A stretch of 64,000 nucleotides of DNA, taken from NCBI GenBank assembly GCA_003344405.1, contig NOWV01000010.1, positions 806,001-870,000 on the forward strand, written 5' to 3'. Under the pieces are notes generated by a model, which made no database searches, was not told the origin of the DNA, and was given only the letters and a program-made list of their open reading frames with translations. Shown in pieces: positions 14,201-30,500 of this stretch (within the stretch, counting starts at the first letter, position 1; each line of letters begins with the position of its first letter). The translations under genes were made by a program, and so were the position numbers. Origin of the DNA: Trichoplax sp. H2 (lineage: Eukaryota).

Positions 14201-17200
14201 GATGATAAAATTTGTAAAGTAAGAATACGTGGTTGAAAAATTCAATATGCAGCAAGTATCAAAAAGTATCAGCTCCTATTAAGAAAATTGAGTAAATTAG
14301 TCAGAACGATCGCAACGTTTTTAGCTGTCTTATTTACATTTAAAATTTGTCCCAATACCGTATTGTATTAAAATTATTACCAAGAACAACAAGTACAGCA
14401 CGTATAACATAGCTAAGAATATGGATCTGCAACGCTATTGAATCTAGATATTGATTTAAAAGCTTATTGTTAAAAGTCATACCATAGCCATTATTCTATC
14501 GTCAATTAACCCTACATATTAAAAATTCTATATCAAATTAAATTTAAAGCTAGCAACAACTTTTATAAAAATGTAATTCACCGTGTAGTATGTAATATGT
14601 AAGCTAATTATCTTTCCTTGATTAAAATGTTAACTCATACAATGTATTATGAATAAACCTAGAAATTGAGCCATGTTGCTTATATCTACTTGTCAATATA
14701 GTTTTCTCAAACATAGCAACTACGAGTACAGTAGCATTATCTTGTACAGTTTTAGCAATGAATGAATGATTATTTAACACTTAAAAAATTTCATAATGCA
14801 GTTGTATAATTTTCAAAAGAAAAAACCTTTTATCAAAAAAATTTTACCTCCCACAAATGCTGGCAACATAAAAAAATTATCACTACCACGACAAATAATT
14901 ACAAAATGGTTTGAAGTAAATATTTCAATAATAGCTGATCGAAATCGAATTTTAAATTGTAACTTAATTACTGTGTAGCTTTCATCGTACGTATGTTAGA
15001 TTACGATACATTATTGAAACTAATGCTGCAAGCTAAAACTTCAGACTTCTACCGTAAGCCATTCAATGACATACTTAGATGTAAAAAATAAATATTCGTA
15101 CACAGTGGGATGTAACAGTTACTCGATAGCAAGGTCGAAATTTTTAAAGATACTCGATATTAGAAAGAAAGCTTATAAGCCATAATAACATAAGTCGTAT
15201 TAATTTACCTTTTAAAGTTATGAAAAGCTAACACTAACGCATGTCTTTTTAAGATAAGCGATTGATCTAAATTTAGCCTTTGCTTATATGGTAATACACG
15301 TACACCCCTTTAGTAGGTTATAATAATACTGTAGCTATTAGCTGAAAGTAAGAAGGCCTTAAAAATGTTTGATGAATAAGAACGAGTGAACGATTCATAT
15401 CGATGACAATTAAATTTTAAATGAATATAGATTTTAGGATTTATCCGTAAATCATAAAATATACCCTTTTTCATGTCTGTCATTCGAGCATTAATTTAAG
15501 AATTACTATCAAAGTAGATTTGTAGTATCGTATCGATCAACATAGAGATTCATATATTCCATTTTAAAATAAGTCCAGTTCATTTCCTTAACTCTCACGT
15601 ATGTACAATATGTATCGTTTGTATATTATTAACTATCTATCTGCCAATATAAAGTATTATAGTTTGTTAATGTCATTTTTGTACATACTCAATCGTATTT
15701 CCAGATCACTAACAACAATAACAATTTTTTTCATACGAATATCTTGTTAAATTGATTCTATTTTTTCACCTATTAAAATGTTCTTACTGCATTCAGAGAG
15801 CTTCTTTCTTGATGATCTACCTTGACAGCCAGCAAATAGAATGCTTGTTTATCGCTGTTATTAACGACAATCAATATGGTTACTAAAATGAGACGAAGAA
15901 TGAATTGATTTGGATACTCTTATTCGTACGTAGATTGAAGCTTTTGTATTAAGAGATATCAACGAAATCGTACCAGCCATGTATCGTATTCATATGTCGA
16001 GACTAGTTCTTATACTAACATTATTTGGTATTTCTCACTTATGTACACTTATAAATCTTTGACTAGTTTCTATAGTTATCGAATGTCGTAATTTTAGTTA
16101 CTGTTATACAATAGCGTGGAGATATGGACAGGTGCAAGTTAAAAAGTTATAGCATCCATACACTTTCGTATACTTATCGTTTAACGATATGTTTACATAA
16201 TATATGTAAACTTTAGATCACAATTGCGATGCTCCTACTTCGATAGCGATATGATTTATTGTCTCTTCTATGCCAGACAATGCTCATAATAATATATATT
16301 ATCAATCTCATTATTGCTACTATTATTTTATGCTATTGTTAAATCAAGGATTATGATACTATGTGCTACAGTTTCGAATGCGGTGTACAGTATCAGTACT
16401 ATCATAGACGATTAAATATATTGCAAAATCTATCATGGATGGAATATTGACGGTAGAATAAATAAATTAATCATATAACAAATTAAATTCATGCGACAAT
16501 CTAGACGCTCTCTTTAATTGTGTAGAATTTCATGCAATTATAAAGTACACTACCCCTCCATTTTATTGATCGGTAGACTATAAGCAGAAAGATTCAAAAT
16601 CCGCGTACTACTATATTCTTTTCTTGACTACTAACTAACAATACTGTGCATAGCTAATAGTTAAAAAAGGATGGAAAAAATTTAAACAGAGTAGAATTTA
16701 AGAATAGGAAAAGAAAAAAATGATAAAATTAAGTTGAAAATAATAGCACTAAATTATGTTATATTCAAGCACTCAATATAACAAGTGAAGAGATATTGAT
16801 CCATAAAAAACGTGATCATTGAATTTATGATGATTGATTGCCGACATCAAAAATGTAACAGCTGGTCTTACAATTATCCTTGATAATAATGAAACAATCA
16901 TGACCTTATCAAATGCTACAATACACAATATTATAGATGCATAGCATGAACTCTTTCGTAAACGGCAAGCAAGTAAGAATTAGAATCGGTATTAAAATAA
17001 TGCTTTACTTTTCTAAAGTCAACAATGGCGTAAAATAAATTCTTTTCACCAATTGTTATTCGGTTAGTCCAAATGTAAAGGCTAGAAAAGATAATGACAT
17101 AAAAGCACTTTAGCAGATTATAGCTGTTAGATTAAAATAAAACTTTTTTGATAGATAATATGATAATACAGCACCAAAATAACGTAAACTTCATTTATAT

Positions 17201-20200
17201 CAATCAATTAAACAGCTTTTGTTTGTTTAATTTCATTGGCGATATTACAATCGTTACTTCTAAACGATTATCTTATCGGCATTTTTTAGATCTTACCCAT
17301 TTTGGGCATGATTATTAAAACTAAAGTACCGAAAAAAGAGATTTAAATCAAGTTATAACTAGCTAATTTAAAAGTGTATATGCTGCAAAGCGTAGAAGTT
17401 AATTTCTAAAGTTTTCACCTACCGTATCCTCTGACATGCAGTATGTTATGTTCAATATATACAATATGCTGCATGTGCACCTAGCACGTGTAAGCGCTAC
17501 AACAAGTCCTAGACCACCTTAGCAAAGTATATTATCATAGTACATTATTTTGACAGAATCAATTTTCTCGAGCTGCAGAAGTATTAAAATAGTTAACTGT
17601 TTTCGTAATATACTGTAGTCTTTTTCTCTATTATAAACTATAGAACGTGATCTGCATTAATCATAGATAACTAGATTCTTTGTAAGCTTATATCAAATTA
17701 GCCAACCATGTAAAATTACTTTATACTACGCTATTGTAATTGTAACTTGTAAACTATAACTAAACGGTAAATTGGACATTACAATAACTAAGACGGCGAT
17801 TAGTTATCTATCATTCGGCTGTTCTTTATAGGTCATTTCGTTCTCATTCACCAAACTTGTCCTTTATTACGACAATTATTCATAATCTTAACGAATTAAA
17901 TTTCTCATGTCACGTGCGGTTATATTTTTAACGTAATAGATTTTACTAGCAATCAGTAGGCTTAAATTTGCAGTCATTAATAAGTTCCTGCCTCTAATCC
18001 CAATAGGAATCACTTTTCGATAGTTATTATCGTGGTTACACTCCTGTTGATCGCTACTATCTCCGGATAATTTGCAGACAACACTGAAAAATTATCTTCT
18101 GCATAGGTGAATTTTAGATATTCTCAGGACTGATTTTGTTTCATCCATTTATAGGACGTACATATGTATACTCGAAAGCTGCTTCAAGTAGTATACATTG
18201 TAATTAGTCTTGATCGCCTTTAAAAAGCATAACAACACTTTTATTTTATCGGAATAAATCGAATAGATTCATCAAAGCGAACAGACATCATTAAGCAGTA
18301 AATATTGCATAAAATTTCCCTATAACTAAAATACGATTCATTATTACTGGTCATAAATAGTGCCTTGTTACGACGGTAACAACTGCTGTATATTATTATA
18401 GTGTGTTACTCTTAAACCAGTAATCAAATACTTCATTCATGAAGATATCGTAATCTTGCGAATCATACTCTCTATAAACCAATATAATACTTAAATATTT
18501 CGCTCATTTATCCTTTTAATTGAATAGATATAAACCCTACAAATGATTAATTTATTTTTACAATTATTCGTGATAGATCGTTTTATGACTCTCCAGTTGC
18601 TCTATGAAGCTTAATCTAATCGATAGCATAGTGCTCTTTTAAGATAAAAATAAAATAAAAATATTTCATAGGCTACGATAACATACGTAAAGCCCTGTTA
18701 CTCACTAACATTTACCGTGAAATCAAGTTAAAAGATTGCTGAAGATTGTATGCGATGTAAAAGGTAATTCATCTAAATTATTTCCTATTTATAACTATAA
18801 CTAAAGTTAAAATGTCACGTAGTAGATGTTTGCAACAACGCCATTAGCGGAACTATGTACCTTATTATAAATTTATAGGAATGCATTCCTACTATAGTTT
18901 AGTACAATAGTTCCTTTCTATCTCTGATAAGTAGATCCGTTCAATTTTGAATAGACTAACTAGTAATGAATACCTAGCTAATATATATACGGCAAATACG
19001 TCCTTTATGGAGATTTGTAAACTTCATTTTGTGCGATATAATCTACTGTATTTAATGTATTCTATCAACATAATTGATCAATGATAACTATACTGATGTA
19101 TATAATGTCCTTTTATACAAGATAGTTAACATAACTTAACAATTAGTGTGGATATTTAGCCATAAATACATGAACAATACAGTAGTTAATTTTACGCTTA
19201 CTGTATTGGATAATCCGGTAACAGATAAGCGAATACTTGCTTACCCATGTATATACACGTAGAGTACAAAAATTTATTTACATACTTTTGGAGCTAAGCT
19301 GTTTTGAACCAATGATTATTAGAAATATCCCTAAATTTTCTCCCACTATTTTCATACTGAACGAATGATATAACCCGTGTAAAATGTAAGCAATGAGAAA
19401 ATTAAGCAACAACGTCCGTTAGCAATAGAATCCACAGCTAAATAACTAATGGGGAGATAACTAAAAAATTCACATAAGATTGCTTTATGATAAATTAAAA
19501 TCAGAAATGCTGTTCATTGCTTGCTTGATTGTTAACCTATGCGAATTGATATATGATGACTATACAATGTTCTTACAATAGTAAGAGGCTATTTACAATT
19601 ACAACTAATTAGTGAATTATAATCGAGTGTATATTATAATCCACACGTCAATACTAAGGTTTATTATAATAAGTTTTATGTTTTTTATTTGTTCATCGCT
19701 GATAAAGGCCGGTCATGAACTTTTTAGCCTAGAAATAGCCATAATAAATTATACTTATGAGAATTTATCTCGCAACTTCCCAGTGGGTAGCGGTAAATAT
19801 TAATGCCCTGTTATAAGTAATAGTATAATACAAGCTACAACTTTGATTAATATTTTCTAAACGACTTTGGTAAAAGAAAAATTTACCCTATATCTTACTC
19901 TATATTATAAGAAACATTCATATCTCATATTAAGATATGTTCCATTTTCTCATCAGTTATCGATAATATGCATTATAATAGTAGTTGTCTATACCAGAAA
20001 ACAATTATATGCTTGCAGTAAGTAAAGGGTGAAAATGTGTTGTTCAAGTATTAGCTTAACCTGAGAAAGGACTTTTCATCAGCATCACATTTTATTATTT
20101 ACTGCTTACCTCATGTTATTAATTTTTTTAAATTATTTCCAAAAATGGTCTCGCATTCTATATTCTTAATTTCTTGAAGACTGAAGGGTGTACGCAATCC

Positions 20201-23200
20201 AATGCATTACTTGTAATGTATAATTAATAATTAATAGATTTTTCAGAGATTTTCATTTATGAATATATAAGGTACATTGTGATGATAAACAAATCATACG
20301 TTTGAAAGATAAAATTACATTTAAATCGCTGATAAATTACAATTATTCCCGCATTATTATCATTTCTACCAAATTGACGTATTGAGTTAGGTTATCTGTG
20401 TTCGTATTATATTGGAAATAAGCCTGTTAGTTGCATTTTAAACAATTGATCCAAAATAATTATTGTTGACTGCACTATAAAAAGCGACAAATGCCATCAT
20501 TTGATATGATTTAGTTAAAATAATATGCTATTCCTACAAAGCAATAGCATAGGACCTGTATTTAAATGGATTTTTTGAAGATAGAAAAGCCCTGATAATA
20601 TTTCATTTTTAGGGCGAATAAATATTGAAAGGTTGTATTTACTTTATAAAGAGCAATCTTAAATTTGGAAACGTCCTATTTAAAAATCCTACTTCAATTG
20701 CTGAATTGTCAATTTTTCTGCAACTTTTTCTCATATACAAAATAATTATTCAACAATGTTCTCTAAAATTTCATACTATTATTATTTAATGGTCTCAGTA
20801 TGGCTTACTAGTAAGAAAAAATACATACAGTAATGAACATTAATTTCTTGGAGTCGATATCATATGATTGATCTATTAATATCATTATAACTTTTATTCA
20901 TGATATCCATGATTTTAAAATTTTCCCGGTAACCGAAATATTATATGATAGTTGTAAAGTTAACTGACAATAGCATTTATTTATGCTATAATTTAATATG
21001 ACATATTTGCTATTACTTGCACTTCTTGTTGATACTAAAGATTTTAATAATTTGCGTAATTGTAATTCTGCTAATAATAAACATATCAAGCCTTATCCTT
21101 CTAAATATTACCTTGAAACGTATTTTGATATTTTTTTGTTGCTATACTGATAAAAGTTCTTAAAATTGTTACCGAAGACTTTTAATCCGGTTCTGTGTGA
21201 AATAGATAGAGGATTAAAAGAGGTTCAATAGAATGATCTAATGATTAGTTATAAAGCGGAAATAAAGTCTCATATTCTATTATTCACGGAACATCTAGCC
21301 TAGTAGTATTGTCGTATATCGTATATGTAGATATGATGGTTAATAAATTCAAATCACTGTCTAACTAATAAGCAAACGAAGTCTTTATGTAATAAAAGAA
21401 AATAAACTGATTTCCTCTTCTAAGAAATATAACAAAAAATTATTCCTATACCACATTATATGATCCGAAAAGGATTTATCTTCAGTTACATCACGTGAAC
21501 GAGATCAAACAACAGGGTAAAATAAATATTATCTTGCTATTCTACTAGTTGGCCTTGCGTATTAGGAAATCAACATAAAAGTATAATGCAGTTTTATATA
21601 AGTAATATATGAGTTATTGTTATATAATTTCGATTGTTATTTTCTAATTAAATGTTAATAAAATATCCTGCATAATGCTGAATGTAAATGGGTTAGTCTT
21701 AATCTTTAACCTACACGTATGATCATATTTCATGTTATTTTGCTATCCTACAAAATATCTTACTCGAATATACTGTATTTATGCAAAGCAACAAAAAAAT
21801 TGGTCCACTCTTCGTAAATGAAATATTGTAATCTTGAAATTCATGTAATCGCAAATCGGAATACTTATCCTAGCCAGGAAGTAAGTACATGCTCCATAAG
21901 CCATTTAAATTTACGTAATTACAAACGGAGCCTAGGTCTAATCTTCTTTTTTAATCGAATGATTACATTCAGAAAATATGTTGTCTGTCTTTATTGTATT
22001 TACTTTTAAAATTAGAACTAAAATTCGTCACTTTTATCAATATCTATAATAATTCTTAAAATTTCTACGCGCAAATTTGTTACCTTCTAAGGGACTCTTT
22101 TTAGATTAGAAGAAAATACATATAAGTACAACATACTACATTACCTTCCCGAGCTAATATAGTAACTATCAATGAATACAGTAAATACGGTTAGTAATCA
22201 AACCAAAAACTAAATTATTTAAAACTGAACAGTCTGGACGGCAAATTGTAATAAAATTGTCGGACTTTCGTTGACAGTACTTATAATGAAATTAAGCTAT
22301 TTAATCTATATGCAGTAATAGTATTTACAGTCAATTTATCAGTTTGTTACTACACGGTATCAATACATTTCTCTCAGTTATAGAAGGTATTCCCCTAGTA
22401 TCGATAAGTGAACGAATAAAAAAATTTAATTTACTCCGGATTAGGGCTGTTTGTGGAATTTTTCCACTTTCACATACAATAAGATATAATCCATAATATT
22501 AAATTAGAGATACCTTATGACAACCATTAAAGTTGATTTATCTGGTTAAATTTAAGAAACTTTTATTTGAAAATTTTGAAATTTTAATATATGGTGAAAG
22601 ATTATATTAAAACTGAAAACTAGGTCAATCAATGTAAATTACCTATCCTTTTCTGCGAAATTTGAGGTTACTTATTAAAAATTTTAATTAATTAGATCAA
22701 AATTATGAAAATCTACTATAGCTTCCAACATTCGTAAAAATTGTCATATCGATCGAGTTTCTATAACTATCATATCTTAAATATTCAATCACGTTGTTAC
22801 ATACTATTCATCGCTATCCCTCTTTAGTATTTGTTTTCTACTCTAAACTGTAAATGAGTAAAAAATATTACACCATTTAACCATTCACGGGACTATTACG
22901 AAAAACCAAAAGTGATGGGTCATGCCATATTATATATACTGAACGGCTCTTTTTCTAAAACGAAAGTATTCTCAATCGCTATCCAACACGACTGCATTTG
23001 TAAATAACGAACTATTATTTCTAATATCCCGTTATGTCATGGGATGGCTGTTATTGTAAGAGCTATTTATTCGGGCTGAATAAGTACAGGAAACTTATTT
23101 AATATTGGAGATTCCTTTTACATCGAATAAGTTTAACTGTTAATTGATAAAATTTGATAATGTATCGTAGTTAATTAATAACAGGAACTTTTTAACTTAT

Positions 23201-26200
23201 TATTTCTTTATTACATCCGACGGTATGAAATATGTTTTAGTTTTTACAGTTATACAGCGTATCTGTAGTACACTTATAGGAGATAGATGGAGAATTTTTC
23301 TAGTATCTGAATAAAGAGGATAGAGAATCAACCTGGCTATTTAAATACTGGATAGTGTTATCCTTATTATTTATCTTCGCGTTAGTGGATAAGTACAGTA
23401 TTATCTCATTCACTAGCTTAATGTATTGCACCATAGAATATCATGATTATTTTACTTTAATGTAAAACTATTGAATTGCAGTCTTTTAATAGGAACTTAA
23501 TGGATTTTTCTGAGCCGTTAATAATTCTATAACTAGGTAGAAATACGAATTTTAAAGTCGGCTACATTGAATATAGTACGTAACTAAGATAATATGGGAC
23601 GATTTTGAACCAATAGTGTGCCTCTTCAGCTGACACTCTAGGCTGATTTTAAGTTACGGTACTCAGGTATTCATTTTAACTACTAAGATCGGGAACGAAT
23701 TGAAGTGCTAATTTTGTTATTTTCATAACTAACTTAAAAGTTATTCATATGAGGAAATTACTTTATTTCATTTTAAAGATATTCTGCTATGCTACTAGAG
23801 TCTAATCATTGATAAGATGAATACGTACTTTGAAAGAAATATCTATATTTTTTTACTCTATTTAATAATTTACCATTTATTAGACAATTTTTCTGTTGTG
23901 TTTTCAATCGAAACTATGTCACAATCTTATTACTTAACATTCACTGTTTCGAACTTATCCAGAATATGGCTATATATTCTAATATTAGGAGGTATTTCAA
24001 CTATAGCATCATTATACCTTCTAATATAGTATAAATGTTTAATAATATCATATTTCTTAGCTTAACATGATACTATATCATACGTTGAGAAATTATCGTA
24101 ATCATTTAAATACCTACATTTTGTATTTTAATTCTATTAAGTAATACCTAGTATTACAGCAATTATATAAATACCTTTGATATTAAAGTTGTAATATACG
24201 ATGGTATATAGAAAAGAAATTTGATATTAACATGATAGTCCACTATAACAATTAATTAAAGCTGAAAATATGGTACAATTTTATGGCAACGCTTTAATAA
24301 GACTTAACAATAAACCAAAAGCTTTTATTAGAAACGGAGAATAATAATGAAGTTATCAGAAAGCTAAATTATCGCACTGTATAAAAATAAATATAGGCGA
24401 AAGGAATTCACTCTCAGCGCTAATTTTAGTAATTTTTAGTAATTTTTAATCATGTTAACGTAGTGATATACCTGATGAACGCTAAATAAGAGTACAGATG
24501 GCTTAATGATCTATACATAATGGAGACTGTGAGAATTAGATAAAAGTATTGGAGAAGACAGTTTTAATATCTATTACGTACACAACATTTAATCCCCCTA
24601 GAAATCATCATGATCGTTTGATAGTAAATTACGAAAGCTTTCTGCGCAAACTTTTTACAACATTAACATCTATATAGAATTATACCAAGTATAAACTTAT
24701 AGCTTAATCAATAGAGAGATGCTTCAAGGCTTTATACGTCTATTAATCATTCAGAATCGTTGAAAATCATGATCATTGATGGTTGACCTTGAATAAATAA
24801 CGAATTCGTGGAGAGTTAAATATCAGGACAATATTATTTGATATCTACGATATATAAGACTATAGTTCATATGGATTATGAGATGAAAGAGGGATAAATA
24901 TTTAAAGCATTTATAAAACGTCTAAGATAATTAAGAATTAGGAGTTGACATTGTGCACCGGGTAAATAAAGATGAGAATTGCAAAATATCTGTGCGAGTT
25001 TTTAATGAGAATAAAGATAGTAAATTTATCAAGAATCGAAACCTGTAATAATTTGTTTCGAGTTGGTATATGCTGCAGGTTACGAAGATAATTTAATATT
25101 TCGGTTAAACAGTTGAAAGTTATCTGTTTGAATTTATACGCGATCACGGTAGCGAATCGAGGGCGAATCATTACTCATGATGTTATTTCCTCTCTATATT
25201 AAATCAATTATAAAAATATCTTGATAACTCAGCAGCATGAATTTATTAAATTGTTAAGACAATAGAAATGCTTACATACCGTACAGTATTACAGTATCTG
25301 CGCTGATCTATATACTATCTGCCAATTTAAATAATTCTTGATAATTTTATAAAGGGATCAAGATTTTATTATATACTTACGATTCTTATAGTATAACAGC
25401 TTACGAAAAGTAATAAAATGATCTTTACCTAAACATTCAATAACACCTTTTGGATCGATCCCACCGATAAATTATCACATTTAATTGACTAAGCGCTACT
25501 GTAGGTTTAAGCTACATCTACGGTTAGACTATATCTCGATAAACAAAAATATGAAACGATCATTTAAACGGCTTATGTATTATCTACTGGGTACACTTAA
25601 TTTTAAAAAAATTTTAATGATTGACGACAATTAGTATAATATAATGATATTGGGTAGTTAATCTAGAATAGCCTCGGATTAGGGTCAATCCAATAAGTTA
25701 TAGACTGTAACTGGAGATTATATAGTCTATATAGTACATACAACTATAGAATCTGTATTTGCATACAACAAAAATTAAAACATTAAGATTGATATCCCAA
25801 TAGAAGATATTCAGTCGTTAAGTCGATTTAAAGATCTTGTTGTTACTATCCTGTATGGCTCCATAATAACTGATATTTGCTTGTCTTGTAGAGACGTCAA
25901 ATAATAGACATTTTCGTTGTAATACAATGACACTACTATTTTATAAATATAATATCTCTGAAATTAATAACGCTTTTAACGTAGAATTACTTTTAATCTT
26001 AAAGGAAAAAATAGTAACACAAGCAATATTTATGGCAACATCAACTATTCTATTAGCCATGAATTCTAGCATGAAAGATTAGCATTCTTTGATAATTATT
26101 ACTGAAATGATTTCTGAATCTTTTTCTTGTCTATTAATTTATAATACAGTATTAGCATTACTTATCATTATAAATAACCAATTATTGTTATGTTATATAA

Positions 26201-29200
26201 CTTACTAAGCCAGAATTTTCAATACTACAAGCATATATCATACCGTAGCCATAAAGTGGAATCTACTTGATACTTGCAGCGTCACAAAATCTTAAAATTA
26301 AGTAAAAAGCTTATATTGTTTGTTCACACATGAATGCTTAAAGCAGAATACGTAGATGCCTTCTAGTATTTTCTCTATAAAACAAATTTGTTAAAAACCA
26401 AACGGCGTCTTTATATTACTCATTTAATATTAATTAGTCACAGAATAGATTAAATAATGGATGTATTATTTTGTGCTATAGAATGCAAAATGAAAGACTG
26501 CAATCTATCAGTTCCTAGTATTATTTATTTGAGTATTATTTATCAACAACTGTATAGGGTATAAAATATTTCATGGCTCGCTATCTACAGTAATTTGTAG
26601 GTGCTATATAGTTCAACAAAAGCATTATTGTACAATATTAACTAGAATGTAATTAAATAGGTATTCAATTATAACTGCTGTCATGCAGTTATACAATTGC
26701 TAAAAGAAAGAGTCATAACGTAATTCTTATGCTACTACTCGTTGAAATTGATAATCCGTGCTGTAGGATAAGTTAATTTACCCACCGTTCATTATAAGAG
26801 GATACCAAAATTTTAGGATAAGCGACGTATGGCTTTAACTTGTAGCTAATTAATCTTAAGTAATTTTACGCTTAGCGAAAAGATAATATATTATTCACTT
26901 ACTCAAAGTATCGTATAGTAAGATGTGAAAATACGGCATTTATAACATCAGTGAAATTTATCAATTATCAATCTGGAAGTTGATTTTATATGAGTGATTT
27001 GTATTATTATAACCTTATATTTGTCACAATACGAGTTCTATTTGATAAACAAAGGTATATAAATGGCCAAGAGTACAATCGATTTACTCATAGCGTTAGA
27101 CTTTTTCTGCAAATATTAATCCATGTTATGATGGTGCTTGTTCAGTTTGACGATCATATACATGATATACAAAATATCAAATTTAATAACGCGCTAGTTA
27201 ACCAAATTTTAGCAATTATTATGTATCAGTGAAGTTAGATGAAAGATTTTCCTGCTCAGAATTAAATAATAAATAGATACATCTTACTTGACATTATATT
27301 ATTCTATCGAAATTTTCATTCCTCTTATGACTAAAACTTATCTTGCTCGATCCAAGGAATTAACACTGACCGTAACATATATATCTTTAAAATAAATAAA
27401 CTTTTACTCCCGAACGGGATACCAGAAGTATTTCATTGCATGCTATAAGAAGTGTGGAGTTTTAAGTTTGAATTTTCAACGATATTTTTGCGTAAAATAA
27501 TATTTTATTTCTATAATCGCTAACGTTCTAAATCTATATTTTAAATTGATTACTTTCTGATAGAAATTACGTTTGAGACATGGCAACATGTTACGAAGGT
27601 TCAAGAATACGGGTTAAATCATACGGTATAAATAATTTTATAACAATCAATTTTCTCACGGCCACGAGATATTGTACATCTGCACCTTTTCTATTCTCTG
27701 TTGGTAGTTGTTTACAATCATCGCGATCTGGTAATTCATATTGTAATTTAATAGAAACAATATATAATATAAGATATGTTGTATTGAATAGAAAAGTTGA
27801 CTATTGCGATGGTAATTTTATTCCCAAATTATACCCTTTAATTACTATTCAAGAAAGATATCCATCTATGACCATGTTTGAAAGGCATTTGAAATTGTAA
27901 ACCTTTTGGAAAGATATTCCTTATTCTATGTCTTGTCTCCTAGATGACAGTATGCCATAGTCGATCATATGTGTTAGTAAGATAGAAATAAAGTAATGGA
28001 AGATATCAACTTTTTGTATAGTTATGACCAACCATTGGCTTAATACAGTATTATTGAATCTAGATGTTTTTTTTAATTATTACTCGTAAAATATGCTTAC
28101 AAAGACTTTTCTTACGTTCCCTTTCACAAGTGGTCTTTTATCTATTGCTCCATGATTCTACTGTTGTTATTTCCGCTTCGAAGATATCTTCAATATTTTA
28201 ATTTCACCATAGATATTATTTACAGTACAGCAGTAACTAGTTAAAAATCAGAAGCGCTTATACCAATATGCTGCTTCTATGAAGTAGGATTTTTAATCGC
28301 CAACTATGGCAGTTCCATAGGCAAGTATTGAGAGCAGAATTTTTATTTCATAGTCTCGTGGGAGATACAGTTATTGCATAAAGTAGCGTCAAAATTGATT
28401 GCGTATGAGCATCGTCGCTATGGGTAACATTTTCATGATATAATTCCATTTGAATTTATTGATATTATTATATCTTTAGTTTTAAATTTCAACATACTTC
28501 CGGTTATCGCGTAATAATTCAGTTTGTATTCGTTGCAAAATAATACAAATTGGTAGATATTACTATGCAAGATATGATCATTTCCTTGATTAAGAGAATT
28601 CTAGCATGTTATGGGAATACGCGTATGTTAGGATTTTACTGTATCGCTTGTAAATCCTATACATGTTATCTATTTCCTTGTTGGACATTTGTAACTATGT
28701 TCTGTTTAGCATGAGGGATCGCTGTGAAGTCATTATAACTTTAAAATCGGCAGATTGCTATCCTAGGATATTAAAAAGTTTAGTATACGAATGGAGATCA
28801 CCGGCTAAAGCTTAGTCTGCGCTGTTGAATTAACTACATTTACAGTAATTTAGTCATGGCTAAAAAAATACGCGTCGATATTATCCTTAAGATTAGCTTT
28901 AAAAATGGATATCAGCCGTGATTACAGATATAGGTATAACATGAGTAATAGCTAGCTGATGTAGTATAAAGGAAAAATTATCTAGGACACAAGAATACGA
29001 GAACAATTATTTTAATTAATTAAGGTGTTGCATTATTGTATAACGTATAACATATACAGTAATTGAATATTATACGATATGTATGCTTGGGTGTTCCACT
29101 GGGATGCCATATTGGAGAATGGCAAAGGGCTATAAGTACTTTTTTCTAGTACTTAAAAAAATCGTTCGATTCATATTTTAATTGATATACGAATGGAGTA

Positions 29201-29264
29201 GTATTTCACTCATTCTTTGTAGTCCGTATTATTTTTCACAGATGGTACTATTTCATCCTGTTGT

Positions 29265-29532
29265 GATGGCAAATACTTGTAAATGATTTGATTATTATTA
29301 ATATGACAGGATGACGTTGAAGAATTTTCTTCAGGTTATGAATCTACTGTTCTTGGCTTTCTTTTCTTATTTCATGAGCTTTTTGTACTTGGGATATTTG
29401 ATGGTAAACACTCGTAAATGATTATTAATACGATAGGATGATGTTGAGCTATTTTCTTCATGTTAAGAATCCACACTATTCTTGGCTTTCTTTTCTTTTT
29501 TTTTATAAATTTTTTTTATACTTGGGATGTTT
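29265..29532. repeat. Diverged tandem duplication, ~135-bp unit x2
   Basis: gatggcaaatacttgtaaatga...ttcttggctttcttttctt...tacttgggata at 29265 recurs as gatggtaaacactcgtaaatga...ttcttggctttcttttctt...tacttgggatg at 29400. Confidence 0.8.
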
Positions 29533-29622
29533 ACATCCATGGAGTGTAATATTATATAACATGCGATACAATTATAAACTTCACATTTCAACTTACTACA
29601 TCGAAAGATGATAAGCCAACCA

Positions 29623-30500
29623 ATAGATTCAACATTTATTCATCTTATACTACGTATCAAATAGTTGTATCGTTTCTCTTTCTGTAATTTACACCGATAT
29701 GGCATTGATTTCTTTACCCATGAATTACCTATTTTCTCGCCATGAATTTAAGATCGCAATAACATAAATTGCGCTGGTTATTGAGCAAATAGGTAGATAT
29801 ACAGTTCGTCTATATTACAGTATAATGGAGGGCCTTATGGCCATTTTAGCATATACTAAATCTGGATCAGTTTGTAGCATAGTTAAATGATATGTTAATT
29901 AGTTACCTATACTGGTATTTTACTTCTTGTTAATGTAACTTAATTGCCTAGCAGACTCCATTTTGTAGTCTAAAGTAGACACCCATGTTTATGTATAACG
30001 GGCTTACAAGGATACCGTACTTCTAACTATGAATTGTGTAAAACGAAGGACCACTAGGCGCAAAACCTTGAGGAATCCTTTCTACAGATTCAACATTTGT
30101 TTTTCCTATACAACCAAATGGCTACATCGTTGCCCTTTCTATAGTTTACGCCCGATGTGGCACTGATTTCTTGACCATCAATTACCGATTTTCTCACGCT
30201 GCATAGGGCATTTCAAGTTACAAGACCAACATAAATTGTGTTAAATATTTCGCGATTACCTAGTGATACAGTCTGTCTACATTATATTAGAGGCGCTTGC
30301 GATTATTTTAGAACGTGGTAGATCGATATCGGTTAATGTAACTTGATAGCTTGTAAAGACTAGATAGACAGTAACTCGATAGCTATAGTCTACAATGGTT
30401 TCCCTTGCTTATATCTAATCGGTTAAAAGTATCCTTCTAAATGTAAATCGTATAAAAGTATGGACTACTAGAAGGTAACTTTGAAGTATCCTTCTAACAG
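29623..30500. repeat. Old diverged tandem duplication, ~460-bp unit x2
   Basis: Collinear shared blocks in copies starting near 29623 and 30084: agattcaacattt, ccgatrtggcaytgatttctt, aattaccnattttctc, aacataaattg, gatacagt, cttctaa...ggacyactag. Confidence 0.7.
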
